Part shown: piece by piece, positions 19,398 to 30,150 of the stretch
How the letters are laid out: every line of letters begins with the position of its first letter
Position numbering within the stretch: the stretch's first letter is position 1
IMG/VR virus record: IMGVR_UViG_3300031999_000008
Span: 26,904-90,903 of that record
Reading direction: 5' to 3' (one strand)
Source: a virus
DNA length: 64,000 bases
Made by a program: the position numbers and the translations under genes
Notes under the pieces: model-generated
What the model was told of the DNA's origin: nothing
Databases searched by the model: none
The model's input: the letters and a program-made list of their open reading frames with translations, nothing else

Positions 19398-20317
19398 TGG
19401 ACCTTGTGTACTACAGCAAGTTTCCTATGCGTATTAAATACGCAGCGAACCTTGCTATGGGCGACGCTCGGCTATCCACACTGCAAAGTGCTACGGGCAA
19501 CGATGGGCGGCTACACCCGCTCACTACAGGGGACCCGCGAGATCAAGCGGGGTCTGCGTTCAGTGAAATGCAGCGCCAGATGCGCATTGATTCCAATGAC
19601 GAAACGAACGAGTTCTCTGTTGGTTCGGATCAAAGCAAAACCGCACGGGCACAGCGTCTCGCTCGACGCACAACCTTTAGAGACCTGGATATCTCCGTTG
19701 AAACGGATACGGGGTCCCACCGGCAGTGGCATGACCCCCATACCGGTCGCGAAGGTAAAACGTTGATGCAATACCCCTATGGGTATATCCGTGGCACCCA
19801 AGGCATGGACGGTGAACACATTGATTGCTTTGTAGGTCCTGACGAAGACGCTGAGAGCGTCTACATCATTACAACCAATAAGGGTCCTGATTTCAAGGAT
19901 GCGGATGAACAAAAAGTAATGCTGGGCTTTGCGTCGGCTGCACAAGCAAAGCAGGCCTTCTTAGCGCATTATTCGGATCCCAAATTCTTTCGCGCTCTGA
20001 GCACCCTGCCATACGCTGCGTTCAGAAATAGGGCGTTTAAAACGCTGCACAGTCGTACCAAGAAAATAGGTTCCACAGCTAATTTCGATGGTATTTATGA
20101 CTGGAACCGGAACGCACAGGGTCCTCACCATGACCAAGTCCCTGGAGACTACCTAGGATTCCCCGCTTCTAGTTTAGTGGGTCTCCGGCAGATTGAAGGC
20201 AACCCCATGTCGCCGTCGGATCGTGTAGACCGTATGTTCCGCTTCAACGACCAAGAAATGAACACACGCGTCCTAGATGGAAACGATGCTGCGGCTCCTG
20301 CTGATCCAGGTGTCTAA
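19394..20317 (+). CDS. Inorganic-pyrophosphatase-like (InPase) domain protein
   Basis: PYGYIRGT.G.DG.HIDCFVGP and DEQKVMLGF motifs; domain bounded by KTA and KIG. Confidence 0.75.
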   Translation: MMDLVYYSKFPMRIKYAANLAMGDARLSTLQSATGNDGRLHPLTTGDPRDQAGSAFSEMQRQMRIDSNDETNEFSVGSDQSKTARAQRLARRTTFRDLDISVETDTGSHRQWHDPHTGREGKTLMQYPYGYIRGTQGMDGEHIDCFVGPDEDAESVYIITTNKGPDFKDADEQKVMLGFASAAQAKQAFLAHYSDPKFFRALSTLPYAAFRNRAFKTLHSRTKKIGSTANFDGIYDWNRNAQGPHHDQVPGDYLGFPASSLVGLRQIEGNPMSPSDRVDRMFRFNDQEMNTRVLDGNDAAAPADPGV

Positions 20318-21150
20318 TGCGAGTCACAATTACACGCACCGTGCCCGTTCTCCGAGATCCTAAAGATCACGGCGTGTTCGTACAATGGGATGTACACGAA
20401 GCGCCTTCTGCCGAGCTCACGTTCAAACTCGAACATGCCGCAGCACCTGAAGGTCCATTTGACGTAGTTATTGACGGGCTAAAAGGATTCTACTTCTTCG
20501 ATAAGTTCAGAGGTACCCCGATACCGCCCGCGGGTGCGACACGTGAAAACATCAATTATTTGTCGATTACGCGTTCATACTATTACCGAATAACGGCCAC
20601 CGCAAGCAACGGTGATACTGCACAACACGTCCTAGATTTACAAAATACGCTATCACCGCGCAGGGCTCGGTTACAGCGTAAAATGCTTCGCGATCTATCG
20701 ATTGGTTTCAAGTTTAACGGTACCGACACATACGTTTTAAAGCGAAAACATTGGGGCATTCGGTGCCGCAAATGCTTCGATGTACTCACGAAAAAAGTAA
20801 CAAATAGTAAGTGTCCTGTTTGTTACGGCGTAGGTCTTGAAGGGGGCTTTGAGAATCCTGTACTCATACGTGGACGCTTCTGCGCGCCCAATTCGAATAC
20901 GGATCTTACGCCGCAGGGTTTGAGTGATGTAACGAAGGTCCGTTTTCTATGCTCCGATTATCCAAACGTAGATCCCTTGGATATTCTCGTAGACAAGAAG
21001 CAGAATCAACGATTCATCGTGCAACAACAAGCTCAAACAGAGCTACAACGTAATACAGTTCATCAATCCCTCGTTGTTAGCCAATTGGCCCAGGATTCGA
21101 TCGAATATCGAATTCCTGTAAATGCTGACACCGCGCCGGTAATCTACTAA
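20317..21150 (+). CDS. Putative head-closure/neck protein with Zn finger
   Basis: FN3-like N-terminus; C-x2-C...C-x2-C-x-G-x-G. Confidence 0.5.
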   Translation: MRVTITRTVPVLRDPKDHGVFVQWDVHEAPSAELTFKLEHAAAPEGPFDVVIDGLKGFYFFDKFRGTPIPPAGATRENINYLSITRSYYYRITATASNGDTAQHVLDLQNTLSPRRARLQRKMLRDLSIGFKFNGTDTYVLKRKHWGIRCRKCFDVLTKKVTNSKCPVCYGVGLEGGFENPVLIRGRFCAPNSNTDLTPQGLSDVTKVRFLCSDYPNVDPLDILVDKKQNQRFIVQQQAQTELQRNTVHQSLVVSQLAQDSIEYRIPVNADTAPVIY

Positions 21151-21818
21151 TGGCCGGTAATGAAACACGTGCAGTACGGCCACGCACTCCGCAAGACCAC
21201 CTTAAGGTGGCTGCAGGGTCTGCATTGGCTATTCAAGGTATTTTCCTTGAAATTATACGTGAACGCTTCAGGCCTGACGCAGGTCTTGAATGGTATTGGG
21301 ATCCAGATCCCACGCTTACAAAAATACTCATTGAAACTAGCCTAAACGAAGAGATCAATACGCGCAATCAAGCGCCAGCCGTTTACGTAACCAGACTGCA
21401 GTCAACGCCTACAAAAATGGCTGTAGGTGACCGTGCAGAGGTCAATCTTCCGGACCACAAAGAATTATTCAAAGCGCTTATGCGCGTCGATATGCAGTTA
21501 GAGTGTGTTAGCAGCGACGAAGGTGAAAGCACCGTACTCGGTGATATCGTCCAATTTATGATTCTTGCATCACAGGATGTGATCCAAAAAGCATTCGGGT
21601 TACATAACTTCACGCACCCAATACTCGGGCAAGTAACCCCTCAGTCAGAAGACCAAACGCATTGGATGACCCCGATTAGTTTTTCTATCGAATTCTGGAT
21701 TCATTGGACTCAGGTCCCGATTGCCCCCTTGCTACAACAGCTAAACGAGAAAGTCCAGATTAGCGGTACAGACGTGTTTCGGCAAACTGTGCTAAATTCT
21801 ATGCGCCGAGCACCCTAG
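21150..21818 (+). CDS. Putative tail terminator/completion protein (paralog A)
   Basis: Position before sheath; strongly similar to 21829. Confidence 0.5.
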   Translation: MAGNETRAVRPRTPQDHLKVAAGSALAIQGIFLEIIRERFRPDAGLEWYWDPDPTLTKILIETSLNEEINTRNQAPAVYVTRLQSTPTKMAVGDRAEVNLPDHKELFKALMRVDMQLECVSSDEGESTVLGDIVQFMILASQDVIQKAFGLHNFTHPILGQVTPQSEDQTHWMTPISFSIEFWIHWTQVPIAPLLQQLNEKVQISGTDVFRQTVLNSMRRAP

Positions 21819-21828
21819 CGAGGTCCCT

Positions 21829-22890
21829 GTGGCAGGACATGAGCACAGCCTCGTAAGGCCCAAACAGTTCGTACAGGATCCGTTAAAAATAGCCGCGGGG
21901 TCACCGCTTGCTATTCAGGGCGTATTCTTAGAAATCATCCGTGAGCGCTTTCGCGCTGATGCGGGTATCGGTTTAATCTGGGATCCTGATTTAACCACGA
22001 CCTCCATACTTATTGAGGCGGGCTACAACGAAGAAGTAGAGTCTCGGAATCAGGTTCCCGCAGTATATGTAACGCGTCTACAGACCGTCCCCGGTAAGAT
22101 CATGGTGGGTGATCGTGTTGGCGTTCGGCTACCTGATCACTTAGAGGCTTTCGGCGCACTGACCACCGCCGTATTGTCGATTGAATGTGTATCGAACGAT
22201 GAAGGTGAGAGCGCGGTACTCGGCGACATTATCCAGTACATGCTCCTCGCATCGCAAGACGTAATACAGCGTGAATTTGGCTTTTACGACATGTCCCACC
22301 CGTCGTTAAGCCAGACGCAACCATTTTCGCGTGACCAGACTAAGTGGACAACAACCATCGAGTTCCAGGTCCAATTCTGGATTCGATGGAGCCAGGTCCC
22401 GATTGCGCCCTTACTACAGCAAATCGCGCAACGCGTCACCTTTCACAATAACGACGCTAGTGACCATTTCGTCGATGTAACTATTAACTCGTTGCGGCGC
22501 GGAGAGTTATTCGACCCCGCCGCGCACGCCCCGTGCGTCGATCTACCTCCCAGTCGTGTAAGTATTGTGGGTCCCCCGGGACCTCCGGGGCCCGCAGGCA
22601 TCCCTGGCCCGCCCGGAGCGCCTGGAACTACGGTATACCTTCTAATAAATCAGCCCCTTACAGGGCCGATAAACGGTATCAACACAGTTTTTCAGACTGC
22701 GATTCCGTTTATGCACACAATCCCTGAGCGAGAAATTTTCTACGTAAATGGTGTACGTCAAAGAGATGGCATTGGTAACGACTACAATGTTTCTGAGTCG
22801 GTACCGCTCGCAGGCTTTAATACAATCACCATGGTATATGCGCCTAAAGCTGGCGATGTACTTACGGTAGATTTTTACGCAGCTACCTAG
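21829..22890 (+). CDS. Putative tail terminator protein (paralog B) with collagen linker and C-terminal beta domain
   Basis: Shares AAGS.LAIQG.FLEIIRERF, ECVS.DEGES.VLGDI, W.QVPIAPLLQQ with 21150; GPP repeats. Confidence 0.5.
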   Translation: MAGHEHSLVRPKQFVQDPLKIAAGSPLAIQGVFLEIIRERFRADAGIGLIWDPDLTTTSILIEAGYNEEVESRNQVPAVYVTRLQTVPGKIMVGDRVGVRLPDHLEAFGALTTAVLSIECVSNDEGESAVLGDIIQYMLLASQDVIQREFGFYDMSHPSLSQTQPFSRDQTKWTTTIEFQVQFWIRWSQVPIAPLLQQIAQRVTFHNNDASDHFVDVTINSLRRGELFDPAAHAPCVDLPPSRVSIVGPPGPPGPAGIPGPPGAPGTTVYLLINQPLTGPINGINTVFQTAIPFMHTIPEREIFYVNGVRQRDGIGNDYNVSESVPLAGFNTITMVYAPKAGDVLTVDFYAAT

Positions 22891-22907
22891 TCCCTGAAAG
22901 GCCCGTA

Positions 22908-23795
22908 ATGCGCGCCCTAGTTTTAAGCAGCGGTGGATCACGGGGACAATACCATATCGGTGCACTACGGTATTTATACAAGGAACACGCCGTAAAACAC
23001 CAAATAATTTGCGGCACGAGCATAGGCGCCATTATCGGCAGTTATATCGCACAATATCCTTACGGTCAGGAAACATTCGCGATTGACAGATTGGCCGAGC
23101 TCTTCGAGCGTTTAACCACGGCGGATGTCTATACACGCTGGCACCCCTGGGGGGTGTTAGCGGGCCTGTTTAACCGGTCCAGTTTTTACAATAGCGCGCC
23201 TTTGCGCAAGCTCATTAGTACACACATAGATGTGCACCGCATCCGCGATAGCGGACGTCAAGTACGTATTGGGGCTACGCACATCCAACCCACCGCGTTA
23301 AACACTTCTGGAATTAGTAACTACAACGTCTATACGGAAAAACACCCTGATCTCCTAAAAGCCATCATGGCATCTGCCGCGTTCGCGCCCTTCTTTGAGG
23401 GAGTTGAACTAGATGGCAGCTTAGCTGTTGACGGCGGAGTACAGACAGTCACACCCATCAAGGCAGCTATTGAGGCCGGTGCGACGAATATCGACGTTGT
23501 CATATGTTATCCCATGTATTTAACGTACCCTAAGACGCGCGACCTGACCGCCATCCATCTAGGGCTACATGTTATCGACCTAATGGTCAACCGACTGACA
23601 TGGATCGACATTGAGCGTACGCTCTTCATAAATTCGTTGGTCCAGGCAGGCCACGCCACGAAAGCGCGATACGTCGCGCTAAACATTATCCACCCCGATG
23701 TGGATCTCGAAGTTAATTCCCTGGAATTCCTTCCCAAGGATGCAGCCCGCTTACAAAAAAAGGGCTGGGATGACGCGAAACTAGTGCTTAAGTAG
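22908..23795 (+). CDS. Patatin-like phospholipase
   Basis: SGGSRG oxyanion loop, GTSIG nucleophile, SAAF.P, DGG. Confidence 0.9.
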   Translation: MRALVLSSGGSRGQYHIGALRYLYKEHAVKHQIICGTSIGAIIGSYIAQYPYGQETFAIDRLAELFERLTTADVYTRWHPWGVLAGLFNRSSFYNSAPLRKLISTHIDVHRIRDSGRQVRIGATHIQPTALNTSGISNYNVYTEKHPDLLKAIMASAAFAPFFEGVELDGSLAVDGGVQTVTPIKAAIEAGATNIDVVICYPMYLTYPKTRDLTAIHLGLHVIDLMVNRLTWIDIERTLFINSLVQAGHATKARYVALNIIHPDVDLEVNSLEFLPKDAARLQKKGWDDAKLVLK

Positions 23796-23810
23796 TAAAA
23801 ACCCCGTTGC

Positions 23811-23839
23811 TTGTAGGAGAATCCTAGATTCCCTATAAT
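23811..23839 (+). promoter_or_regulatory. sigma70-like promoter TTGTAG-N17-TATAAT
   Basis: Perfect -10 with 17-bp spacer upstream of sheath gene. Confidence 0.6.
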
Positions 23840-23884
23840 CCCACACAAATACGCTGCTTTTATTGAGCAAGCCGGAGCTAGACA

Positions 23885-26614
23885 ATGGTACGACCGATTG
23901 TTCTACTTTTTCAAGAGTTTGCGACGCTGTCCGCGACACCCACGACGCCCGATCTTAACTGCGTCATCGTCGGACCGGCTTACGCAATCCAAGATTACCT
24001 TACAGACAAGGTAAATATCGAAGTATCGGCGTATGGCACGCTCCAGGCAGGTGTGAGCTACGTACCTCCGGTCGCGAACGTTGCTGCGATTACGCTAGCT
24101 GCTCCGCCTGGCCTGCCTGCAGGCGGCTGGGTTGATCCGGCGTCGGTAAAAGTGTACTTCGATGAAGTACGCGTCAAGATGATCAGCGGTACCGACGGTA
24201 CATGCACCATCAATGACAATTTGCTGACCTCAGCGGGCGCTACGTTCGCGACCACAGGTGTGCAAGCAGGCGACGTCGTAATCGTTGACGACCCCACAAC
24301 GGTGACCCCGAGCCTCATTCTCACGATCGTGAGTCTGGCAGGTGAGACAGGACTTCGGCTGTCTCGTAATTTCACGGCCACCAACGGTGCCTCCCTCAAT
24401 TACCGCGTCGAACGCCGCCTGACCAATCAGTTGATTGACAGCGCGTTTGTAGTCCTTCCGACGTACCGTCAATCCAACGAAATCCAAATCCTGGGTGGAG
24501 TTACGTGTGTTGTCGGCACCACGCCTCGTCTCGTTATGTACGCTCGCGTTTACGTCGCGTCACGCGCGTATCGCACCGACTTGCAGTCGCTTGATAGCGT
24601 CAATTCGACCACAGATATCACGACCAAACTCGGGCCAATTGACAGCCGCAACCCGCTGGCTGCGGCGGTTTACGTTGCTAAACAAAACGCCGGCCAAGCT
24701 CCTGTTCAATTTTACGGCGTAGTCTCGGATGATCTCACGGGCTACAATTTAGCCAAGGATGCGATCTCCACCGACGACAGCATTTATGCGATTGTCCCTC
24801 TTACTTCGGACATCACTGTCACTGCAGCCTTCAAGGTTGAAAACGACACGCTCGCAGATCCGACCGCAGCGCTGAATACAGGCGTGCCGCAGAAACTGCG
24901 GGTGGTTATCGGTTCGGGTGCTCTGACTGCACAGAAGACTGTCGTAGATCAGAATACGGATGCCACTGCGGAGCAACTTACAGGTGCGCTCCCCGGCGGT
25001 GGCGTAAAAAACATCACGCTGGCGTCGCCCTTTAACGCGCTCACTAGCAACCTCAGGCCGGGTGACAAACTCGTTTTGTCGGCGAGCGAAAACGTCGCAC
25101 CGCTTGATGGTACGTACACGATTGCGCATATCAACAGCGCGACATCTGTCGAAGTAAACGAAGCTACCGCTGCGGTTGCCGTCGTGGCTGCCGAAGGCGT
25201 CAATTACACGGTTACGCGTCCTTCGACGGGCGCTACGATTATCGCCCTCGTCGATAACCGGGCGTCCCTGACGGCTGCTGCGACCACATTCAAATCCCGC
25301 GTCGCAGGTATTACACCGGGTGCGCGCACCATTGCACTCGTACAGAACGGTACGACTGCGAATGGGATCTTTAGCATCGTCGAAGTAGCTGGCGTTTCGA
25401 CAATCGTGAACGGTGACTTCACGTCTACCAACATTTCTTCGCAAGAATTGGTAGACGCGATTAATACCGGTGCAGGCGTAACTACGTCGTTCTCGGGGTC
25501 GATCAATCTCGTCGCCTCAACTTCGTCGGGAGCAACTGCGCAAGTAGCCTTCGCATCGGCGGCACTTTCGACGGGTACTGCCGGTATTGACGCGCTCACA
25601 TCTACTGCTGCACTCGATGCGGTGTTCATCAAACTCTTCGATTCGAACGCGACGTTCATCACTGCGGGCGTGCTTGCGGGTGATATTATCGAAGTGCCTA
25701 GCAACCCTAACGGGTCGTTCAGCACGAACACCAAGCAATTCGTGGTAGATCAAATCCTCAGCGAGCAGCGTTTACAAATCGCAAATATTGCTTCGGGGTC
25801 TTACGTCAATAACACCTCGACTATCGAGAGCGAGCTCCCGCACCTAGATAATCGTCTGGGCACTGGCACTCTGGTCACGCAGGGTTCTATCCGCTATCGC
25901 GTAATTCGTAATCTGAGCAAGGACCAGCAGGTCGCTCAATTGGTCACGAATGCGCAAAGCCTGAACTCGCGCCGTGCCATCCTCGTGTGGCCTGACCTCG
26001 TAACAGTATCCGGCTTGGTCGATGGTTCGAAGACGCCGAATTCCGATGGCAGCGCTGCCGCCGCCGACCCGCAACCCGGTTACTACTTGAGTGCCGTCGT
26101 AGGCGGTATGACCGCAGGCCTTCCCAGCCATCAGGGCTTTAGCCGCCTTGGCTGTGCGGGTATCAGCCTTATCTCACACTCCAGTGATTACTTCTCCGAG
26201 AAGCAACTCACGGATCTGTCGGATGGTGGCTGGTATGTATTCGCTCAGAACGCGCCTACGGCCCTGCCCTACAGCATTCACCAATTGACCACGGATCCCT
26301 CGACGTTGCAGTCGGGTGAGTATTCCATCGTAAAAAACTTCGATTTCGTATCGTTGTTCTACCTTGGAATCCTGGAGCCGTTCCTTGGCGTATGGAACGT
26401 CAATACAGACACACTTGGCTTTATCCGCCAGGCCCTCAACACGGGAACGGAGAATCTTAAACTCCGCCGTGTTGCAAAGATCGGCGCTCCGCTGAACTCT
26501 GCTACAATCACATCGGTAGCGGTGTCTCCGGCATCGGCAGATCGTGTCGAAGTCTATATTGAAGTAGACCTCCCCAAGCCTTTGAATGTCATCGGCTTAC
26601 ACCTCGTGGCATAA
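23885..26614 (+). CDS. Contractile tail sheath protein
   Basis: 909 aa; C-terminal PGYYLSA..GG...HQGF, HQLTTD..EYSIVKN.DF, P.PLNVI sheath-like core. Confidence 0.8.
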   Translation: MVRPIVLLFQEFATLSATPTTPDLNCVIVGPAYAIQDYLTDKVNIEVSAYGTLQAGVSYVPPVANVAAITLAAPPGLPAGGWVDPASVKVYFDEVRVKMISGTDGTCTINDNLLTSAGATFATTGVQAGDVVIVDDPTTVTPSLILTIVSLAGETGLRLSRNFTATNGASLNYRVERRLTNQLIDSAFVVLPTYRQSNEIQILGGVTCVVGTTPRLVMYARVYVASRAYRTDLQSLDSVNSTTDITTKLGPIDSRNPLAAAVYVAKQNAGQAPVQFYGVVSDDLTGYNLAKDAISTDDSIYAIVPLTSDITVTAAFKVENDTLADPTAALNTGVPQKLRVVIGSGALTAQKTVVDQNTDATAEQLTGALPGGGVKNITLASPFNALTSNLRPGDKLVLSASENVAPLDGTYTIAHINSATSVEVNEATAAVAVVAAEGVNYTVTRPSTGATIIALVDNRASLTAAATTFKSRVAGITPGARTIALVQNGTTANGIFSIVEVAGVSTIVNGDFTSTNISSQELVDAINTGAGVTTSFSGSINLVASTSSGATAQVAFASAALSTGTAGIDALTSTAALDAVFIKLFDSNATFITAGVLAGDIIEVPSNPNGSFSTNTKQFVVDQILSEQRLQIANIASGSYVNNTSTIESELPHLDNRLGTGTLVTQGSIRYRVIRNLSKDQQVAQLVTNAQSLNSRRAILVWPDLVTVSGLVDGSKTPNSDGSAAAADPQPGYYLSAVVGGMTAGLPSHQGFSRLGCAGISLISHSSDYFSEKQLTDLSDGGWYVFAQNAPTALPYSIHQLTTDPSTLQSGEYSIVKNFDFVSLFYLGILEPFLGVWNVNTDTLGFIRQALNTGTENLKLRRVAKIGAPLNSATITSVAVSPASADRVEVYIEVDLPKPLNVIGLHLVA

Positions 26615-27441
26615 TGACCCGGTTTCACGCGGAACCTACGATACCAAAAACCTTCGTAGCCCCTTTCCAAAAGGTGGCTATCTTTGGTTTTTTGACGCGT
26701 ACGCTTCCACGTTTAGCCGGGCGTGCGTTTAGCGGTCTGACCCCTACAAGCCTTGCCCGTCCATTTCACCCCGCAGCGACCGGCCTAGAGCGCGGTATTA
26801 TTGCAGGGGGAAATAAACTATTGAGTCCGGAGCACGCCGCGACCTTCGCGCGCACTATGCGCGGAGTACCTCGAAACGCTATTCGAGAGGCTATTAGCAA
26901 CAGCCTTATCGGAGGTGCTTTGGAGGGAGGTATTGGTGCGTATACTGCAGACCCCGGACAAGGTGCTGCCGGCTTTATGCAGGGTTTTGGATCCGGTGCT
27001 GCATCAGGTGCGGTGTTCGGCGGGATATCTGGTGCAGCAGGCGGCGCAGTACGTAATATGCGCGGCATTAACATGTCAGGCCTCGCTAAGCAGCACGGCA
27101 TGGCCCGTCCCGAAATGGCTAAAAAAGTAAAAGGCATGGGCACATGGGACGCCCTCAAAGGCTCCTTTGGTAAGACCGATGGCTTAGACAGACAAATTGC
27201 CCGCCACAAAACGATAGGTGGCATCGGTCAGCTGGGCGCCGAGATGGCTCTGCCCATGGCGCTTCTTCCAAGTGCTTCTGAGCCGGAACCGCCGCCGCCT
27301 GCCCCGTCGATACCCAAACCCCCTACTTTTGCGCCCAATACGCCTTCGGTCTACTCTCAGCCCCAAGGTTTTAAAGGCGGCTCAGTCTCTTCTCTACTCA
27401 AGCCCATCGATTTAACAAAGATCCCAAGCTATCATAGGTAG
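26614..27441 (+). CDS. Glycine-zipper membrane protein with KVA site
   Basis: FQKVA then GxxxG-rich helices and Pro-rich tail. Confidence 0.55.
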   Translation: MTRFHAEPTIPKTFVAPFQKVAIFGFLTRTLPRLAGRAFSGLTPTSLARPFHPAATGLERGIIAGGNKLLSPEHAATFARTMRGVPRNAIREAISNSLIGGALEGGIGAYTADPGQGAAGFMQGFGSGAASGAVFGGISGAAGGAVRNMRGINMSGLAKQHGMARPEMAKKVKGMGTWDALKGSFGKTDGLDRQIARHKTIGGIGQLGAEMALPMALLPSASEPEPPPPAPSIPKPPTFAPNTPSVYSQPQGFKGGSVSSLLKPIDLTKIPSYHR

Positions 27442-27454
27442 CGAGGAGCCCCAC

Positions 27455-28237
27455 ATGCCTATCGGTATTGCACGTAATTTAACCACATGGAAGTTCCAAG
27501 ACACGTACGTGGAACGCGTGATGGATAACGCCGCATATACGTCGGCCCATCCTGATGACACGCTGGTGTTGGCAGGGCCCTCACGTAGCACCGGAGCTCA
27601 GGGGAGCGATACCACAGGCTCGGGGTCCCTACTTGCTATTGGCATGATGCAGAATTTAAACATCAGTCAAGTAAAATCGACAACGCCTGTAATGGCGATC
27701 GGTTCAGGGCGCTCGTTCTTCGTGAGCGGCAAAGCGCAGGGTAACGGCAGTATTGCGCGTCTGTTCGTCAATGGACGCAATCTACTCCGCGTCCTTTACC
27801 ATAACGCACAGTCAAGTGATATAAACGTCGGCGCATTCGATGACAAACCGGCGGATCATACGACGTCACAGTTCTACATCAACCTGGACTCTGAACTTTA
27901 CTACATCCCCTTTGGTCTTGCCGCCGTCTTCCGTACCAAGGCCCATGACGTTGTGGGCGGCTTTTACGCCGAATTAACCATGATTCAGTCTTACAATATT
28001 AGCATTCAAGCCGGTGCTAATATGATTGCTGAACAGGTCTCTTTCATGTTTGACCGTCTCATGCCGTACAGTGTTGCGAGCGTGTCGGCCACTGGTCAAG
28101 TTCCCCGGAGTACCCTGGATGCAATTGCAGGCTTCGTAGACCCGGATCTGTCCACCGCCGCCAATTCGGGAAGCCTCACTGAGAACACAATCGGTGACTT
28201 TAGTAACGGCATTCCCACGAACTTTGTAAGTGCCTAA
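27455..28237 (+). CDS. Tail tube protein
   Basis: GAGGAG RBS; IGMMQN.NISQ...AIGSGRSFFV..K; follows sheath. Confidence 0.65.
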   Translation: MPIGIARNLTTWKFQDTYVERVMDNAAYTSAHPDDTLVLAGPSRSTGAQGSDTTGSGSLLAIGMMQNLNISQVKSTTPVMAIGSGRSFFVSGKAQGNGSIARLFVNGRNLLRVLYHNAQSSDINVGAFDDKPADHTTSQFYINLDSELYYIPFGLAAVFRTKAHDVVGGFYAELTMIQSYNISIQAGANMIAEQVSFMFDRLMPYSVASVSATGQVPRSTLDAIAGFVDPDLSTAANSGSLTENTIGDFSNGIPTNFVSA

Positions 28238-28592
28238 CACCCCCGCCTATACGCACGGCCGCAGACACGCTCAGATTAAACTGGGCGTGTTTGGTGCTAT
28301 GCTCGGTGGTGCGGGTGTTGGGGGTCTTGCGGGTTATGTCCTGGCTCCTGAAAATAGAAAAGGGCATGGCGTTATGTATGGCGCTGCCCTTGGTGGTCTA
28401 GGGGCGGGATTGGGCTCCGCAGCAGCCCCTTACATGCATGCCGCCGAGAATCCGGGACTACTTGCACGTACCGGAGTGTCTACGGCGAGTACAGGCCTCG
28501 GTACGCTCGCGGGTATTGGTGCAACGGGGGCTCTTGTAGATAAAACGAACGTACCCACCTCAGATGATCCGTACCACTATCGCTCCAGATAG
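28230..28592 (+). CDS. Tagged glycine-zipper membrane protein
   Basis: YTHGRRHAQIKLG tag followed by three Gly-rich hydrophobic segments. Confidence 0.65.
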   Translation: MPNTPAYTHGRRHAQIKLGVFGAMLGGAGVGGLAGYVLAPENRKGHGVMYGAALGGLGAGLGSAAAPYMHAAENPGLLARTGVSTASTGLGTLAGIGATGALVDKTNVPTSDDPYHYRSR

Positions 28593-28605
28593 TTTATCGT
28601 AGGGC

Positions 28606-30150
28606 ATGCAAAAGCCGCCGGAACTGCCGCCGCAGCCCATACGAATTAATACGCGCGCCGATCTCCCCAACCCTACCGCCTCTCGCGGAGGGATAGGCGA
28701 TAAAGCCAAACACGGCGAGACCGGCACAGTTGTCGCTTATTTCTGCGATACGTACATGGCGACAGTGCTTACTAGCACTGGACGTACAGTTACCCTGCCG
28801 CGTATGCGTTCGTCGCCGGGCGACGTTGCGCATTTAGAAGTAGGTACTGAGGTACTGATTAACAACGATTACGGTGCGCCTTTTATCATGGGTATTTTAA
28901 CACACCCTGCAGGAGTACCCAGCGATGGTGCGAATCATTCGATCACTGGCATCGAAGGTGTGGGAGGTAATGGTTTAAACCAAGCTAGTACGCAGACACC
29001 TGGGAATTACCGGCTTAGAGCCGAGCCTAAAGACTTAATACCCGGTGACTGGGCGCATGTCGGTCCGGATGGAAATTCCGTAGGCGTCCTCGCAGGCGGC
29101 GTGAACGTTATGCGTTCGAGCTCATTGTCGCAGTTCCGTACACACCAAGTAGACGATACGACCGAGATTATATCTCGAAATCATCGGCACATTACCGATA
29201 TGGGTTTCTCTGAAACCCATAACGATAATGGCAGTATCAATTATACGTTTCGGGGTGCATCGGACCAGCGTACGGAGTCGGGTCCTGATGAGGAACGCTG
29301 GACAATCAAACTAGATATGGGTGCCATTGGGGATGTGTTCAATTTTGAATTGTGCACACCTCAAAACCAGACACTATTCAAGTTCCACGTAAATTCCGAT
29401 GGCCAGTGTGAAATCTTCGGACTTAATGGAGTCAGCATAAATTCCGGTTCTCAGAACGGAGGAACCAGCGCCGAAGAAAATACCGGAGACAAAGTCTCCA
29501 GCGTTGGGGGTAATAAAACCACAACAATCACGGGTAACTCCACAGAGACCGTGAAAGGTAGCGCAGGTAACCACGCGTACGTTGATCACGAGACTACCGC
29601 AGGTAATGATATACGAAGTCAAGCATTGCGCGACCATGCAATGTCTGCGGGACGACATATGTACGTATCAGTACAAGGCAGCCCTATCCCAGGGGACGCC
29701 ATGGTGTATGACATCACATCCGGCAATTGGGTCGTGAAAATAGGCGGGCCTTTGTCGCCTGATCCGCTCAGTGCCTTTGATATGCAGACCTACGCAGGAG
29801 ATATGAAATTTTCATCTCTCTTAGGAGGTAATTTCAGCGTCACTAGCCCTCTAGGTGTGCTCGAATCCAACACGCGACAGGCCGTATTATCCACGAATAT
29901 GCTCCCTGATTCCGTTATACTTGGTGGAAACGTACTCGTCAGTCATCTTGTTAAATACGAACAACTCGAAGCACACTTACGTATGCTCTACACAATGCTA
30001 GATCTCCACGTACATATCGAAAACGGCACAGCCGTCGCAGCAGGCATCCCAGTGGTAGGCGCAAGCGGTATTCCCGTAGTACCTTTCACGCCGACACTTT
30101 CCCCTTCAATACTGCTAATGAAAAGTCTGACTACAGGGGTGACACTTTAA
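28606..30150 (+). CDS. Baseplate central spike (gp5/VgrG-like)
   Basis: N-terminal OB-like segment, beta-helix-type repeats (VGGNKTTTITGNSTETVKG), C-terminal H-x-H. Confidence 0.6.
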   Translation: MQKPPELPPQPIRINTRADLPNPTASRGGIGDKAKHGETGTVVAYFCDTYMATVLTSTGRTVTLPRMRSSPGDVAHLEVGTEVLINNDYGAPFIMGILTHPAGVPSDGANHSITGIEGVGGNGLNQASTQTPGNYRLRAEPKDLIPGDWAHVGPDGNSVGVLAGGVNVMRSSSLSQFRTHQVDDTTEIISRNHRHITDMGFSETHNDNGSINYTFRGASDQRTESGPDEERWTIKLDMGAIGDVFNFELCTPQNQTLFKFHVNSDGQCEIFGLNGVSINSGSQNGGTSAEENTGDKVSSVGGNKTTTITGNSTETVKGSAGNHAYVDHETTAGNDIRSQALRDHAMSAGRHMYVSVQGSPIPGDAMVYDITSGNWVVKIGGPLSPDPLSAFDMQTYAGDMKFSSLLGGNFSVTSPLGVLESNTRQAVLSTNMLPDSVILGGNVLVSHLVKYEQLEAHLRMLYTMLDLHVHIENGTAVAAGIPVVGASGIPVVPFTPTLSPSILLMKSLTTGVTL

